This document shows, one piece after another, positions 14,961 through 30,439 of a stretch of 64,000 nucleotides of DNA. Source of the DNA: the human T2T-CHM13v2.0 reference genome, Homo sapiens. The stretch lies in NCBI RefSeq assembly GCF_009914755.1, contig NC_060928.1; one strand, written 5' to 3'. Within the stretch, counting starts at the first letter, position 1, and every line of letters begins with the position of its first letter. The notes below the pieces were generated by a model that was not told the origin of the DNA, did not search any database, and worked only from the letters and a program-made list of their open reading frames with translations. The translations under genes were made by a program, and so were the position numbers.

Positions 14961-15974
14961 TCCACACTTAATTTCCTTCTTGAAATCTACTCTCTACATA
15001 GACAAGTGAATTTTCCCCTCCCTGACCAAATCAGGCCTCCAAATATAAGCTTTTGTAGCTTGCTTAAATTCTTGATTAATTTTTACTATTAAATGATTAG
15101 TTTGAATTCTCCCTTCCTCTCACAGAATGTAAGTTTCACGAGAGCAGAAAGTGCATTAGTGTTGTTCTCAGCTGTTTGCTCAAGGTTTAAATAAAAACTT
15201 AAACATAGAAACAAAAATTTTTCTTTTTAGTTGTGCTTTCTATTTTTTCTTGGGACCCTGATAGACAGAACAGTGAAATTCATCATCTAACTGAAGATTG
15301 CAGTATTTTGGAACTTGGCATTAAAAGCCTGACTCAATTACACTGAAGGAGATTGTACATCTCACAGAAAGCTTGGACTTGAGCACTGACCTCCAGACAC
15401 TACCTGAGAAGGTCTAGTAGACATGATTTTCCATTGGAGAGGTGGTGGTGTTTTTGATGGCATGTAGATTGTGACTGGCAGGGGCATTTTTGGAATGTAA
15501 GCATGTCTTTGAGTATGTGCTAGGTAAAATTGAAGAGTAGATCGTAGTGAGCCTCCACTGTGGTTCTGCTTTATGCCAATAATTTTTCTTTTAATTTTCT
15601 ATTCATAAAATAATCTGCATTAGGACTTTTGCCAATTCAGCAGAATTATGTCATTAATACAAAGGATTATAATAGAACATAAATTGGCTGGCCCATGCAT
15701 GAAATCCAAAATAATATGAGTATTCACAATTTTGACAAAGCATTCACCTTAAGAAGAGGCAAACAAGCAGGGAACTAATACAGATACAGTTAGGTTTGGT
15801 AGAACACTGATACTTGTGATATTTATGACATAATCATGGTTCTTTTTGTCATAATATGGTATTTTATATAGCTATTTACTTAAGTGACTATATGCATATG
15901 AACTACTAACATTTTTCACATTTTCTCTGCCCATATTTGGGCTGCTCAATAACAGATAGAAATGTTATAGTTAA

Positions 15975-16625
<651 letters not shown>

Positions 16626-16676
16626 GAAAATTGTTACCTATTCTCCTTAGATAACCCTAATCTTAATCTAGTAATA

Positions 16677-16779
16677 CTGTATCCTTTTTGAGAAGATTTC
16701 AGCTGTATCCTTTTTGAGAAGATTCAGCTAAAGGTTAATTCAGCTAAAGGTTAACTTCAGCTAAAGGTTAATTGGTTAA
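16677..16779. repeat. Compound short tandem duplications (~26 bp x2, ~16-17 bp x3)
   Basis: ctgtatcctttttgagaagatt(t)cag x2, then ttcagctaaaggttaa x3. Confidence 0.92.
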
Positions 16780-17124
16780 CGTGACATATTACGCTTAAAA
16801 ATCCCTAAATGAGTCGTTTTAAAAACCTGTCTTTCCCTCTAATAGCCAGAGTTTCTTTGTGCTATTGTGTTACTTTCTGATTCATCCGAGTGATGCTTGA
16901 GAATGCCAGGAAAACAATAAAAACATTTCTTGCCACTGAGCCCTACCTTTGCCTGGAACTCAGTGAACATCCTCCATGAGGTGGCAAAATTGTTCTGGTA
17001 TTAGTTTGTAGTAAAATTTCCTGAATTAGGAGTGGAAAGGAAGACAATATTATGTAAAACTTTCCGTGGGTTCACAAAAATGAAGTGTTATCTTGTGTTC
17101 AGATCCCAGACTTAGAGAAAATGA

Positions 17125-17451
<327 letters not shown>

Positions 17452-19899
17452 TGATTTTGAACATATAGTTCTATATTATTTATAGTGAACATTTAATGGA
17501 GGGGAAGTTCTGCCTTCAGGAAGACTATGAATATTGGGACTGTGTCCTTAGTAGACTTGGCACTAAAAAAAATTCACTCATTTGACATCACAAGATTGCA
17601 CAATAAATATTGGAGATGTTGGAAAGGTACAGGTACACAATGGAATACTACACATTCGAAATGAAGCTGTAGAATTGAATTTATTGACAAAGATGTTTAT
17701 AATATATCATCATTAAGTGCACAAAAAGGGTAAACTATATGCTGAAGGATAGTTTGGGCAGCAAGCAAAAGAACATCTAATTCAAAATGAATTAAATAAA
17801 TATATTTATTTTTATAATTATCATAATTACATTTATTAATCTAATTGTTCTAGTGCAGAGGTAAAATAGGCTTCAGGGTAGACTGATTCAGTGACCCAAC
17901 AATATTATTAAAAAACAATGTTCTTTCTGTCTCTCTGCTCTGTAATCCAAAATATCTGCTTTATCTCACAGCTAGTTCCCCCAAATAATTGTAAGATAGA
18001 TTCCAGGTGCAATTGGATATTACTACTTGCTTTCTCATTCATATGCTGAAGAAAGAGAGAATGGCTTGTTATTGCTTTCTGCAAAGACCAAAGAGGAAAT
18101 TTTTGAAGTCTGTAGCCACTATCTCTTCATTTATCATTGGCTAGAACTGCTGATTTCTAAACTGATAGCTGGCGGAAAGAATGTGATTATCTTTAGACCA
18201 GTCAGACTCACACATTGAGTTAAAGGCAATTTCTAAAATCAGAGTACTGCCATTTCATGGATAGTAGAGTGGAATGCATTTGGGGATTTGGACACAGTTA
18301 AAAAAATCTCTATCTAATCTCTCTCTATGGATATTCTAGAAAATTAATATTGTCATATGATAGTATCTGGACAATGACTTACATTTCTTTTTAATTTTCT
18401 TCCTTTCACTCACATGTATATAATATTCTTCTGTAAATAAGCATACATTGTTTTTTGTCTCTTTAACATTTTAGTATGGAAAATTTCAAATAAATCCAAA
18501 AATAAAGATAGTAATAAAATGAAACCTCAAGTATCCATCACCCAGATTCAACAATTATCAACTTCTGGAAAACCTTGTTTTATGCACTGTTTGTAATAAG
18601 AAAAAAAAAAGTTGATTTTAGTTAAAAAAGAAGTTAAGATCTGCTTAACATTTTCTCTTGTCCATAGAATATACCTTAAAGCAAATCAGTAAAGTTTAGC
18701 TAAGGATAGCCCAATATTTTTCCTGTCAATTGCCCAAGATCTCTCTTAAATTATACCCCAAGTATTTTTTTGAAAATTTGGTTTTTCTCAGTTTCTTATC
18801 CTACATATGCATCTCAAAAATTTGGACCGCAGTACCCCAACATCAGGAGAAAAGCACAAAACTCTAGGAGCTTGTGTATATGAAACAAAGTGGCTCACTA
18901 AAAGCATAGTTATTTTGAAATCTCATTTTTAGTTTTAAAGTCTGTATTTTTTTTTTTTTACTCTATCTACCAATGTTTAATAGAAATAAAATATTTCAAA
19001 TTACTCACCATTGAATAAACTTGACACTGTTGGAAGATGGTCCATGTTGGTCTTTTGGCTTCTTGTCCTCTGAGGCACCCTGACAAATACCCCTGTGAAC
19101 ACAAGGTCCCCAATTTAAGAGTCATAGATTATAGTTTTCTTCCCTTTTAAGACTCCCCTTTTGATCTTTGACCATATTTCCTTGACTTTTAAACTTCATT
19201 CTCTTTGAGGACTTTGCTTTGAATTCAGTCCTCTTGTTTTTTCCATTTTAGACCTCCTCAGCTCGTATGCCCTATCTTAGGATTAATACTCACTTTCCAG
19301 TCCTGGCCAGGCCTGGCCCAGTACTCTGCAAGAGGATCTTGGACCTGTAAGTCACAAATATCAAGGTACTCATTCATTTACTAAATCTTTATTGAGTATC
19401 AACCATGTTTCTGGCACTTAGCTAGTCCCTGGGGATACTGTGGTTAAAAAGGATAAAATCTCAGTGTTTAAGAAGACTAAAGACATCAGGAACACAAAAA
19501 ATATTTAGGCAATTATAAAATGGGCAAATAAGTGCTACATTGGATGAAGTACTGCATCCTATAAAGCACAAAGCAGTATCCTAAGCAGATGAGGGAAGTC
19601 TTCCAGGAATGAGATGCAGTATAACAATAGGAAGGAAAAGTAAGTGGTGGTAATTTTCTATATTTGAATGAAAACTTACTCTTGCTCAACCACGAAGGAT
19701 GTTTTCTTAGAAATAAAGGGATTGTCAAAAGCAGCATTCAGTATGGGAGCTTACAGTGATGTATCTAGAGGGGACAAGCATGAAGAGTTTGATTACTCGG
19801 GAGTGCAGTTTAGAAAATAACTATGTTTCCTTCACAGAAAGGAAGTGTTCTGCCAGGCGGAGTCATTGCTTCCTTTTCTCTCTTCCCTTAGTCCTTTGT

Positions 19900-20230
19900 T
19901 TTCTTTTTTCTTTTGTTTTCTTTTCTATTTTTTCTATTTTTTTTTTTTTTTTGAGATGGAGTCTCACTCTGTAACTCAGGCTGGAGTGCAATGGTGCAAT
20001 CTCTGCTCACTGCAACCTCTGCCTCCCAGGCTATTCTCCTGCCTCAGCCTCCTAAGTAGCTGAGATTACAGGCACATGCCACCACACCAAGCTAATTTTT
20101 GTATTATTAATAGAGACAGGGGTTTTACCATGTTGGCCAGGCTGGTCTCGAACTCCTGACCTCAGGTGATTCGCCTGCCTGGGCCTCCCAAAGTGCTGAG
20201 ATTACAGGTGTGAGCCACCACGCCTGGGCC
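19900..20230 (-). mobile_element. AluSx-like with long degenerate T tail
   Basis: Alu dimer with a small internal deletion near 20030. Confidence 0.93.
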
Positions 20231-20577
20231 AGCCCTTTGCTGTCATATCACATGTGGAACATCCCTACCTGCCTCTCCTATGCCTTCCTACCTGAAGAAA
20301 TAAATTAATCATTTTCCCTTCTAATCTACAAACTGTGTATTATACTGAAACACAATGATACTTTAAAAAATTTAAGAATTAAATTGATTCAAATTTTATT
20401 TTATTTTTAGATTCAACTGATTATTTTGATTACTTAATCATTAAAAAATGATACTGTTCAGTATTCAGAAAGTTTGGGTTCATTTTTTTCTTTCTTGTTT
20501 CTCAATAAAAGAAATGGGTAGTGGTAGTGATGTTGGCATTTGTTCTGAAAGATAAATGTGACATGATACTCATTTCC

Positions 20578-20768
20578 TGCCTGGCGCGGTGGCTCACGCC
20601 TATAATTGCAGCACTTTGGGAGGCTGAGGCAGGTGGATCGCTTGAGCCCAGGAATTCGAGATCAGCCTGGGCAACATAGCAAGACCGCATCCCTAAAAAA
20701 GGAGTACAAAAAAAAATTAGCCAGTCTCATAACTTGGCCTGAAAATAAATAAATAAATAAATAAATAG
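20578..20768 (+). mobile_element. Alu left-monomer (FLAM/AluJ-like) retrocopy with non-Alu 3' segment and (AAAT)n tail
   Basis: Left arm + linker + ttagccag, then tctcataacttggcctg, then the tail. TSD actcatttcc at 20568-20577 and 20769-20778. Confidence 0.88.
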
Positions 20769-20807
20769 ACTCATTTCCCATTGAGTAATCCAGAAAGAGA
20801 CACACCC

Positions 20808-22173
20808 TGAATGGTATTGCCTAGGTTTTCTTCTAGGGTTTTTATGGTTTTAGGTCTAACATTTAAGTCTTTAATCCATCTTGAATTAATTTTTGTATAA
20901 AGTATAAGGAAGGGATCCAGTTTCAGCTTTCTACATTTGGCTAGCCAGTTTTCCCAGCACCATTTATTAAATAGGGAATCCTTTCCCCATTTCTTGTTTT
21001 TGTCAGGTTTGTCAAAGATCAGATGGTTGTAGATGTGTGGTATTATTTCTGAGGGCTCTGCTCTGTTCCACTGGTTATAGGAATTGGCAAGGACTTCATG
21101 ACTAAAACACCAAAAGCAATGGCAACAAAAGCCAAAATTGACAAATGGGATCTAATTAAACTGAAGGGCTTCTGCACAGCAAAAGAAACTACCATCAGAG
21201 TGAACAGGCAACCTACAGAATGGGAGGAAATTTTTGCAATCTACCCATCTGACAAAGGGCTAATATCCAGAATCTACAAAGAACTTAAACAAATTTACAA
21301 GAAAAAAATCAAACAACTCCATCAAAAAATGGGCAAAGGATATGAACAGACAATTCTCAAAAGAACACATTTATGCAGCCAACAGACACATGAAAAAGTG
21401 CTCATCATCACTGGCCATCAGAGAAATGCAAATCAAAACCACAATGCGATACCATCTCACACCAGTTAGAATGGCAATCATTAAAAAGTCAGGAAACAAC
21501 AGGTGCTGGAGAGGATGTGGAGAAATAGGAATGCTTTTACACTATTGGTGGGAGTGTAAACTAGTTCAGTCATTGTGGAAGACAGTGTGGTGATTCCTCA
21601 GGGATCTAGAACTAGAAATACCATTTGACCCAGCCATCCCATTACTGGGCATATACGTAAAGGAGTATAAATCATGCTGCTATAAGGACACATGCACATG
21701 TATGTTTATTGTGGCACTATTCACAATAGCAAAGACTTGGAACCAACCCAAATGTCCATCAGTGATAGACTGGATTAAGAAAATGTGGCACATATACAGC
21801 ATGGAATACTATGCAGCCATAAAAAAGGATGAGTTTATGTCCTTTGTAGGGACATGGATGAAGCTGGAAACCATCATTCTGAGCAAACTATCACAAGGAC
21901 AGAAAACCAAACACCGCATGTTCTCACTCATAGGTGGGAATTGAGTAATGAGAACACATGGACCCAGGGTGGGGAACATCACACACCAGGGCCTGTCATG
22001 GGGTAGAGGGAGGGAGGAGGGATAGCATTAGGAGATCTACCTAATGTAAATGACGAGTTAATGGGTGCAGCACACCAACATGGCACGTGTATACATATGT
22101 AACAAACCTGCATGTTGTGTGCATGTACCCTAGTACTTAAAGTATAATAAAAAAATAAAAATAAATAAAAAAA
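20808..22173 (+). mobile_element. 5'-truncated, 5'-inverted (twin-primed) L1PA4/5-like element
   Basis: 20808-~21075 is antisense ORF2; ~21077-22173 is sense ORF2 end, 3' UTR and poly-A. Perfect 16-bp TSD agaaagagacacaccc at 20792-20807 and 22174-22189. Confidence 0.97.
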
Positions 22174-22898
22174 AGAAAGAGACACACCCAACCATTATTG
22201 AAGTCCTCTAAGGTGGGGATAGAGGACACACAGTTCATCAGGGCTGAGGAATAGAGAATGGGAAAACAGATGAAGAAAGGCCTGTGCTGACCTTTTCCAT
22301 GCCCTCCCATGGATGTGTTTTTCCTGCACGTCAAGTTATTTAAGCAAAGGATTGTTTTTGTCTGGATTTTTTTCTTTTCCAACTTCAGCCATTTCTTTTG
22401 TTCTTTTTAGGCATGAAACATTAAATAAAGTTATTCTTAATATGGGATATTCTCCCCTAAGTCTTTTTAGATGATAAGGAAACAGCATGTCCATTCCAAT
22501 AGCCTGTTCAAGAGTTCTACTTTTAATAATTTGTGTCTCATACTTCCAGATAGTCCACACATAGGGCAGGTCTTATTATTTCTTGTGTATTTCATTATAA
22601 CCTTATTAGGCCCAAACAAAATAAGAGTCACGAATAGGCAGGAAAACATATGACTGTAGTAAGCTAGGTGTTGAACAGGAAACTGTGGCTTCCAGAGATT
22701 AAAATAGTTTTGTTTTTGATCTTAGAGGAAACCCAAAAGGTGTTCACTTAGGTCTGGTTTTAAACAGGCAGAACAACATATTTTAAAGTAATATTTCTGG
22801 TAATTCTGCAGCTACTTTGTAGTGCCTCTGCTGTTCTAGGCATTGTGCTAGATGGTATGAGGAATTAAAGATGAATAAGAACAAAGTTTCCTTCTTAG

Positions 22899-23233
<335 letters not shown>

Positions 23234-23505
23234 TGCTTTTCTTTATTGTAACCAAAATCATTTGATGACTTCCAAACAGGGCAACATATGTGTCAAATAT
23301 GGTCATATTTAAATAACTATGCCAAGGTTCTGCAGTTCAATTAACTTCATTTAATTTGGACACTTCTAGTATTAGAAAAATATCTTTTTTTGCTATCATC
23401 CATTAAATCATCAATATTTTTAAAGATTCACTTCCATCTCTCTTTTTAAGAATGAGGTGTTACATAAAACTATAGGTAAATGAATTTGAAAAAGAAAGCA
23501 AGTAA

Positions 23506-23815
23506 GGCTGAGTGCAGTGGCTTAATGCTGTAATCTTAGCTCTTTGGGAGGCCGAGGCAGGTGGATCACTTGAGGTCAGGAGTTCGAGACCAGCCTGGCC
23601 AACATGGTGAAAATCCAACTCTACTAAAAATACAAAAAATTGGGTGTGTTGGCATGCACCAGTAATCCCAATTACTTGGGAGGCTGAGGCAGGAGAATTG
23701 CTTGAACTCAGGAGGTGGAGGTTACAGTAAGCTGAGATCGTGCCACTGTACTGCGCCACTGCACTCCAGCCTGGGTGACAGAGCAAGACTCTGCACCCCC
23801 ACCCCCCCAAAAAAA
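23506..23815 (+). mobile_element. AluSx/Sz-like with internal ~12-bp duplication
   Basis: tgccactgtactgcgccactgcactcc. Flanked by gcaagtaag on both sides. Confidence 0.93.
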
Positions 23816-24039
23816 GCAAACAAGCAAGTGCAAGTAAGACTTTGTATCTCTGATTAGATGTTGAACAGTGAATGTCTCTTCCCAGACAATTTAGATAATT
23901 TACATACATTCTTTCTCTGGTTAGCCTTACAGATTAAAAAATGGTGGCTTTTTAAGTTTTAAGTTGAGTGACTTATCAAAAATACTTTAAGACTTGAAGA
24001 CCACCAGTCTAGAAGTTAGAGATGAAATATTAGAATATG

Positions 24040-24270
24040 GCAGTAAACAGTCCAGCCTATGAACTAGAACTAGATTGACTGGGTTCAAATCTCAGCTTAG
24101 CCACCTACTAGTATGAGACTTAGGTTAAGTTAAAAAAGCCGTTGTATCTCAGTTCTCTTATTTTTAAAATGCTGATAACAATAATGTTTGTAAGATGTTG
24201 TGGGCATTAAATCAATAAATATATGTGAAGTGCTTGAAAAAAGGTATGGCATAGGCAAACACTCCATAGA
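24040..24270 (+). mobile_element. MIR SINE
   Basis: ctgggttcaaatctcagc..tctcagttctctta..aaaatg..ataacaata core. Confidence 0.75.
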
Positions 24271-24369
24271 GTGTCACCTATTATCATTTTTATGTGAGTG
24301 TGGGACCTGCTATCCAATGACATCAGTAGTCTCCCACTGTGACATAAAAGGATTGCATACAAAGAAATG

Positions 24370-24830
24370 CTTAATAAATAATTCATTCGTTCAAACAAGT
24401 ATTTTTGAGAGCCTAAATTCTAGATTCTGGGGATAGAGCCAAGGAGGACAAGCTGAAGTTCTCAGTTTTAAGGGACTTTCATCTGAATGAAGTAAACTGA
24501 CAATAAACAAGAGGAACAAATATACATAAACATATTAAGCATTAATACCTACTTTGAAGAAAAAGAAAGCAGGCTAAAGGGATAGAGACTAATAAGGAAT
24601 AATAATGGGCAAGCTGTTATAGATGGGGAGATTTACACTCTTTTGAGGAGATGATATTTGAGCAGAGATATGAATGAAATGAGAGTGAATGCTGGGAAAA
24701 TCAACAGGAAATGAATTCTAGAAAGTGGGAACAGCAGAATAAAGGCCAGGAGGCAGAACTGAATTCAGGGGTTCAAGAGTAAACAGAAGGCCCATCGTGG
24801 CGTGAAGTAAGATCTAGTATTCGAAGATGA
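24370..24830 (-). mobile_element. L2 LINE 3' fragment
   Basis: attcattcgttcaaacaagtatttttgag..tggggatag..tttgagcagaga..ggaacagc. Confidence 0.65.
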
Positions 24831-26181
24831 GGTAGAAGTAGTCAAATAATTTTGGATGAATAATAGATACATTTAATGACTCAATCAAAATGATGAGACA
24901 TCATGCTGAAAGGAAGCTTAAGATACATTTGTAAATAAGATTATAAGATGTTGAGTGGGACTTTTTTTGTTGCCCATAATTGAAAATAAGAAGAGCTAAG
25001 TAACCCCCTTTCTATGAGAAGCTCCTAATAGATGCCAAATATTGAGGCCAGACACTGTCCCCACCTACTAAAGGGTATGTTACGAGGCGAAAAAAATTCT
25101 CTCCTACCAGCAACTAGCACCTAGCTCTGGATACGCATAAAGAGAAAACTGGAGAGAGAACAGTGCAAGTCAGCAGACAGTGCTCACAGGGAAAGGTTAC
25201 TCCTCTTCTCAAGGGGAACAGAAGGATTATTATTTTTTTCTTGCTGAAGCCAATTAATGGGAGTCCATCAGAGAATGTTTAGAGATTGTGTGCGAGTTTG
25301 TGGGAAGGAAGACTGGCAATTCATTTCTCAGCTGGCTGGATGGTAATTTACTAAACACACCAGTCCCTCTGGAGCTACTATGGCGGAGCGGGGGCGAATG
25401 TCTCCGCGGAGTTGTGTATTTGCTACCTGAAGTTTAGGACTCACCCCTGAATCCAAAACAGCTGCTAGTCTTAACATTTCTGAAGGAGAGGAAATTGCTG
25501 GAGTAGCTTATGGTAACAGAGTTAGAAGGAACTGTGGTTCAGAGTTTGTTCTTGAGAGGGGTTAAATTCCCTCCTTTATCCCCATCCTGGTCTTTTGTGG
25601 CCCTTGGAGCATTTAGAAGATGGTCTCAGAGGTTACTATGGCTCAATGCAAAACAGCATGGTGGTAAGGAAGGGAGCAGAATAGCTGGTAGTGAGGAGAC
25701 ACTCCAGCTGGGGAAGCAGTTAGGGGCATGGTCTGCTGTCAGGGTCCAGGCTTTTCTCTGAGGGATTCCTCAGTGAGTGAGGGGGCAAAGCAAAGACGAA
25801 GAGTGTCTATAGAAAACCAAGCACACCACCAGCACAGATTTCTCAACACCACCATCTGTTAGCAATAGACAAAACTGGATTGAACCAGAGAAAAACCTAG
25901 GACACTTTCTCACGCAGACATGTAACTGATTATGTAAGATCTCTACCACCTTTGTCTTCTCTCTCTGACCCCAAAACTAGAGGAGTTCAGCAGCGGGGAG
26001 TGAGGATGGTTGTCTCAGAGTCAGATCTCCTTCCAACTTCTCTACTCCAAGCAGTCAGCCTCACAGTTTGTGTTGAGGGCAAAGAAAGGTAATCATATTT
26101 ATGTTAGTTTCACAATCCAAGTTTTAAACTGGACAAAAATAAACTTCAAATAACTGAAACTGGTAGAAAGTTAGAAGATTT

Positions 26182-26605
<424 letters not shown>

Positions 26606-29600
26606 CTATAAACCACAGCACATCTATGGAGAAATCAAAATGCACTAATCGAAAATTATAATTTCGTGGGACATTTTATTTAAATGTAAAATTTCATCTG
26701 GCTTCTCAGTTTTGATAAAGTAGAGAGTCTGTCAATTGCTTCTTTCTTATAATAAAGTGAGTCAATCTTCCTTCCATCAGCAACATATAATACAAATTCT
26801 TCAGGCCCTTGTCAGGAATATAAACTCATACTTTCTCCTATTCCGTTTCTAAAAAGGTCTTCTAAGGAAGTAATATTTAAGAAAGTTCATCTAAGAAACA
26901 TTGTACCCTTTGTCTAAGTACTTTGAATTCTGCCTTTGAATCAAGCTAGACCACTGGAAGTATATGCACCTGACCACAAAATTATATCTCCTTTAAAAAT
27001 CTGTCACCAACTTTAACTTCAAAATTTTATTCTCAGGCTTCTTTGAATTATCATAAGAAAGTTTATAAAATTCTCTTCTATTTGTTGGTAAAAATATTGC
27101 TGATATTATTCAACGCGTTGCTCAGTGTCATCTCCATATGAGAAATTTCTCCATCAACTTAGTGGCAGGAAAAATTCTCTCTTGATTTGTTTCTTTCTTT
27201 TAAATAATGAGAATTGTGAAACTCCCTAAGTTTCCCTTGTTATTCTTGCTATCGGCAAGTTCAAAGCCAAATTTGCAGCTCTGTCAGAGCAAGTCTCTTA
27301 TACAATATGTACAATGTATTCCACTTCGGTTTTTTCTTGAATTTGAACCTTATTTTATCAGTATATTTTATATTTTAGGGGCGTTGTCTATTTGTAAAGA
27401 AATGGAGTATAGGTAAATAAATTTGGTTCATGTGCTAGGAAAAGTTGGTTCAGATGACTGAAAGTTGATCTCCTAACATGAAATTGATTAATCTTTGAGG
27501 TGTTTTTCAAAGACTACTTGCAAAAAAAAAGAAAAAAAAAAAAAGAGACTTAAAATGGCCCCCAAAATGTTATCTTCATTCATTAGTTTAATATCATTAA
27601 CCAGGCTAAACTGTATATTCCAATAAATTGAACAATAATAGGATTATTTTAACATTATTACTGTCAGTTAATTCTAAAAACCTTATCTTTGGTTTTTATT
27701 ATATGTACCATTATATATTGAAAAGCTTAGCAGATCCTCACATCAATGTCCAGAAAAATTATCTCCAGCATTATGAAGACACTTATATCAGTTGTAGAAC
27801 ATCTTATAGAAGAATAGGGAAGAGAGGTAATATTTTGGGTAAGAATGTAGCACAAGCAAAAGGAGAGTCAGTGACAGAGTAGTGACAGCTTGTCTCTAAA
27901 TGCTAATTAATTATATTGATCCTCTTTGTTTTCTCAGCTTAAACAAAATAAAGTGCATGGGTACCTTCAAAACAACACATGATAGAAGGGAATGGATTCA
28001 CAAATGACAATAGCTGTGTTTACCTGGACACCTAGTTAATTCACTAGTTTAACAATATTGGCCAGTCTGTAATGTACATCCCAATAAACTGACCAATAAA
28101 AGGATTGCCTTAGCATTATGGAAATATAGCTAAAGTATAAGTTTAAGGGCTTCCATAAATTAATCAGATTATTATTATACATAGGCATTTATGTATTATC
28201 AGGTATAAAAGACATTTGTTCAAGCTAGGAGATATTCAAATAATGATAAAAATCATCTATGACTAGCCACCTGGGAACTATACTTTTCTAGTTTAAAGCC
28301 ATAAGATGCCTCATTGCTTTGACATTGCTAAGTATAAAAAGGACTGTAGAATAATTTGTTGGTGATAAAAATGTCTGTGGTCACATTGCTATTTTACTTA
28401 TTATGCAATGTAAGATATCTACTGTGGATTTCTAACAGACTCAAGTCCACAAATATATTTCTCCTGACTGTTCCTGACATTGCACAGAATGGCACAGGGA
28501 ACACAGACCAACACACAAAAAGAAGAGTAACTCTTTGAAAACATTTTCTTCACACTGTAGTTTAGGACAAAAGTATTGCAGAATAAAATTTATGGTTTTA
28601 GAAAAAACAGCAACAAAAATTTGAATGAAAGACAAACTTTTGCTTTTTCGAACTTTTGGAAGACAAAATTATGACTCTAATGTTTCATTCCTTCTTCTTT
28701 CCTTGCCATTCAAATTTCTACTAAAGTGTAAGATATATCATAAAATTTGATAATATACACTGCAATGCCCATTGAGCAGACTGAACAAAGGCCATTAATA
28801 TAGCAAGGAAGACATATTTTTAATATCTTTAGTCTGACATTCACTTGTCCTTTATTTACATATGCGTAATCTCTTAATTTTCTACAAATTGTAGCTTATA
28901 CTCACAGAGTTTTAAAAAAATTCATGATAGCCCTCTCATTTTCTGTATCTACAATTCTAGGTTATATATTACCCTAAGTATACAGGTCCATAGGCCTATA
29001 TAAAGAATTTATTTGAATTTGAAATCTTGATTTTGTGAAAGAAACAAATGTCTTGAGATTTTGTTAAAATAAGTCTGGCAAGTCTTGGCCCAAAGTTACA
29101 CTGAGAGGGAATCTGTTTTCCTTTGAAAACAAAAGTATTATCAATATTTTCATAAAATGTGAGTATAAAATAGAACATAGTATTATTAAACCATATTAAC
29201 ATTTCATTGGCAGAGATTTCACTTTGTTAAAGGCTGTATAAGAACAGCTTAATCTCATAACCCAGAAGTTTTTACTGTTATTATTGCCTCTTTATTTTTG
29301 GCTAAAGTGTAATTTTTAAATGAGTATACAGAAACCTAATACTATATATTGAATGACTTTAAGTAAATAAATATCCATGCTATTCATCAGGATAAGTGAC
29401 CTAGTGACCAGAATAAAAAGGATATATGTTGGTAGCCCCTAGCACAGTATGCCTCAGCACAGAGGTTTCTTGGGTTACTGCTAGTGAATGATTCCAATTC
29501 TTGGCCGTCTGATCCCACACATTACATAAATTCCAACTCCTGCATCTGTTTAGGTGAGCTGTTGGCTAAATGGATATGTAATGAAATTAAACAATATTTT

Positions 29601-30439
29601 TAAGGTGCTTTTTAGGATGGGTTATACCCCCTCTTTTTCTCCTCCTTTCCTTGCAACCTGCCCTCTACTCATTCTTTTTATGCATATTTTTGAGAGCCTG
29701 AATATGCTAGGAAGAGGGTTTCAGTCTGTTAAGAATTCACAACCTTGTGGAGTTGAGATACAATTAATAAAATTTCTAGTATAATGAGGTAAGTATTATG
29801 ATACCATGAAAGCACAGAGGAGAAACACCTACTCTGTTTTGTAAGGATTAGGGAAAGCAATTTAGAGATTATACCTAACACAAACACACAGATATTTGCA
29901 TAGTATGTGAGCACACGTTTAAAAAAATGTAATTTTCACCCTAGAAATAAGACAGTAGTGATTCAGCGTGAGTTGATATGCCTGTCTCCACTATAATGAA
30001 AGAAATATAACGTCTTAAGTATGGGTTGACATTTGCAAACTAACTGATTTTTCTAGAAGAATGATGCCACATAATTTAAAAATATTAATGCTTTTCTAAT
30101 CTCTAGTGTATTTTCAATGGCTAACATAGTTAAAACCAAAGTGAAATTTTTATTATGTACATAATCGAATGCAAATTGTGTCAGGCTAGTTTAAGAAATA
30201 TGAATGTCAGTCCTGGCTTGGCAATTTAATAACTATTTGGTTTTTGACCAAGTCATTTAACTTAATTAAACCTCAGTTTCTTCTCTGTAAACAAGAGAAG
30301 GTCAAGCAAGATAGTTTTAAAATTTCTTTCCAAATTTATACGTCTGACTTTTCTAAAAAATCTGGTTTACACTAATACTTAAAAGAAATTATCTTAAAAC
30401 AATAAATTATAAATTTATTTTTTGCTCTTGCTCCCTGTA

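Noticed and set aside
16677-16779. Short repeats as a CRISPR-like array
   Set aside because: Units are adjacent with no unique spacers, there are no cas genes, and the context is mammalian.
21077-22173. L1 #2 as a direct daughter of L1 #1
   Set aside because: The 3' ~450 nt and the junction-proximal 50 nt differ much more than the shared tracts, the shared tract contains an ORF2 frameshift, and L1 #2 lacks the 3' tag. Conversion fits better, though shared ancestry is not formally excluded.
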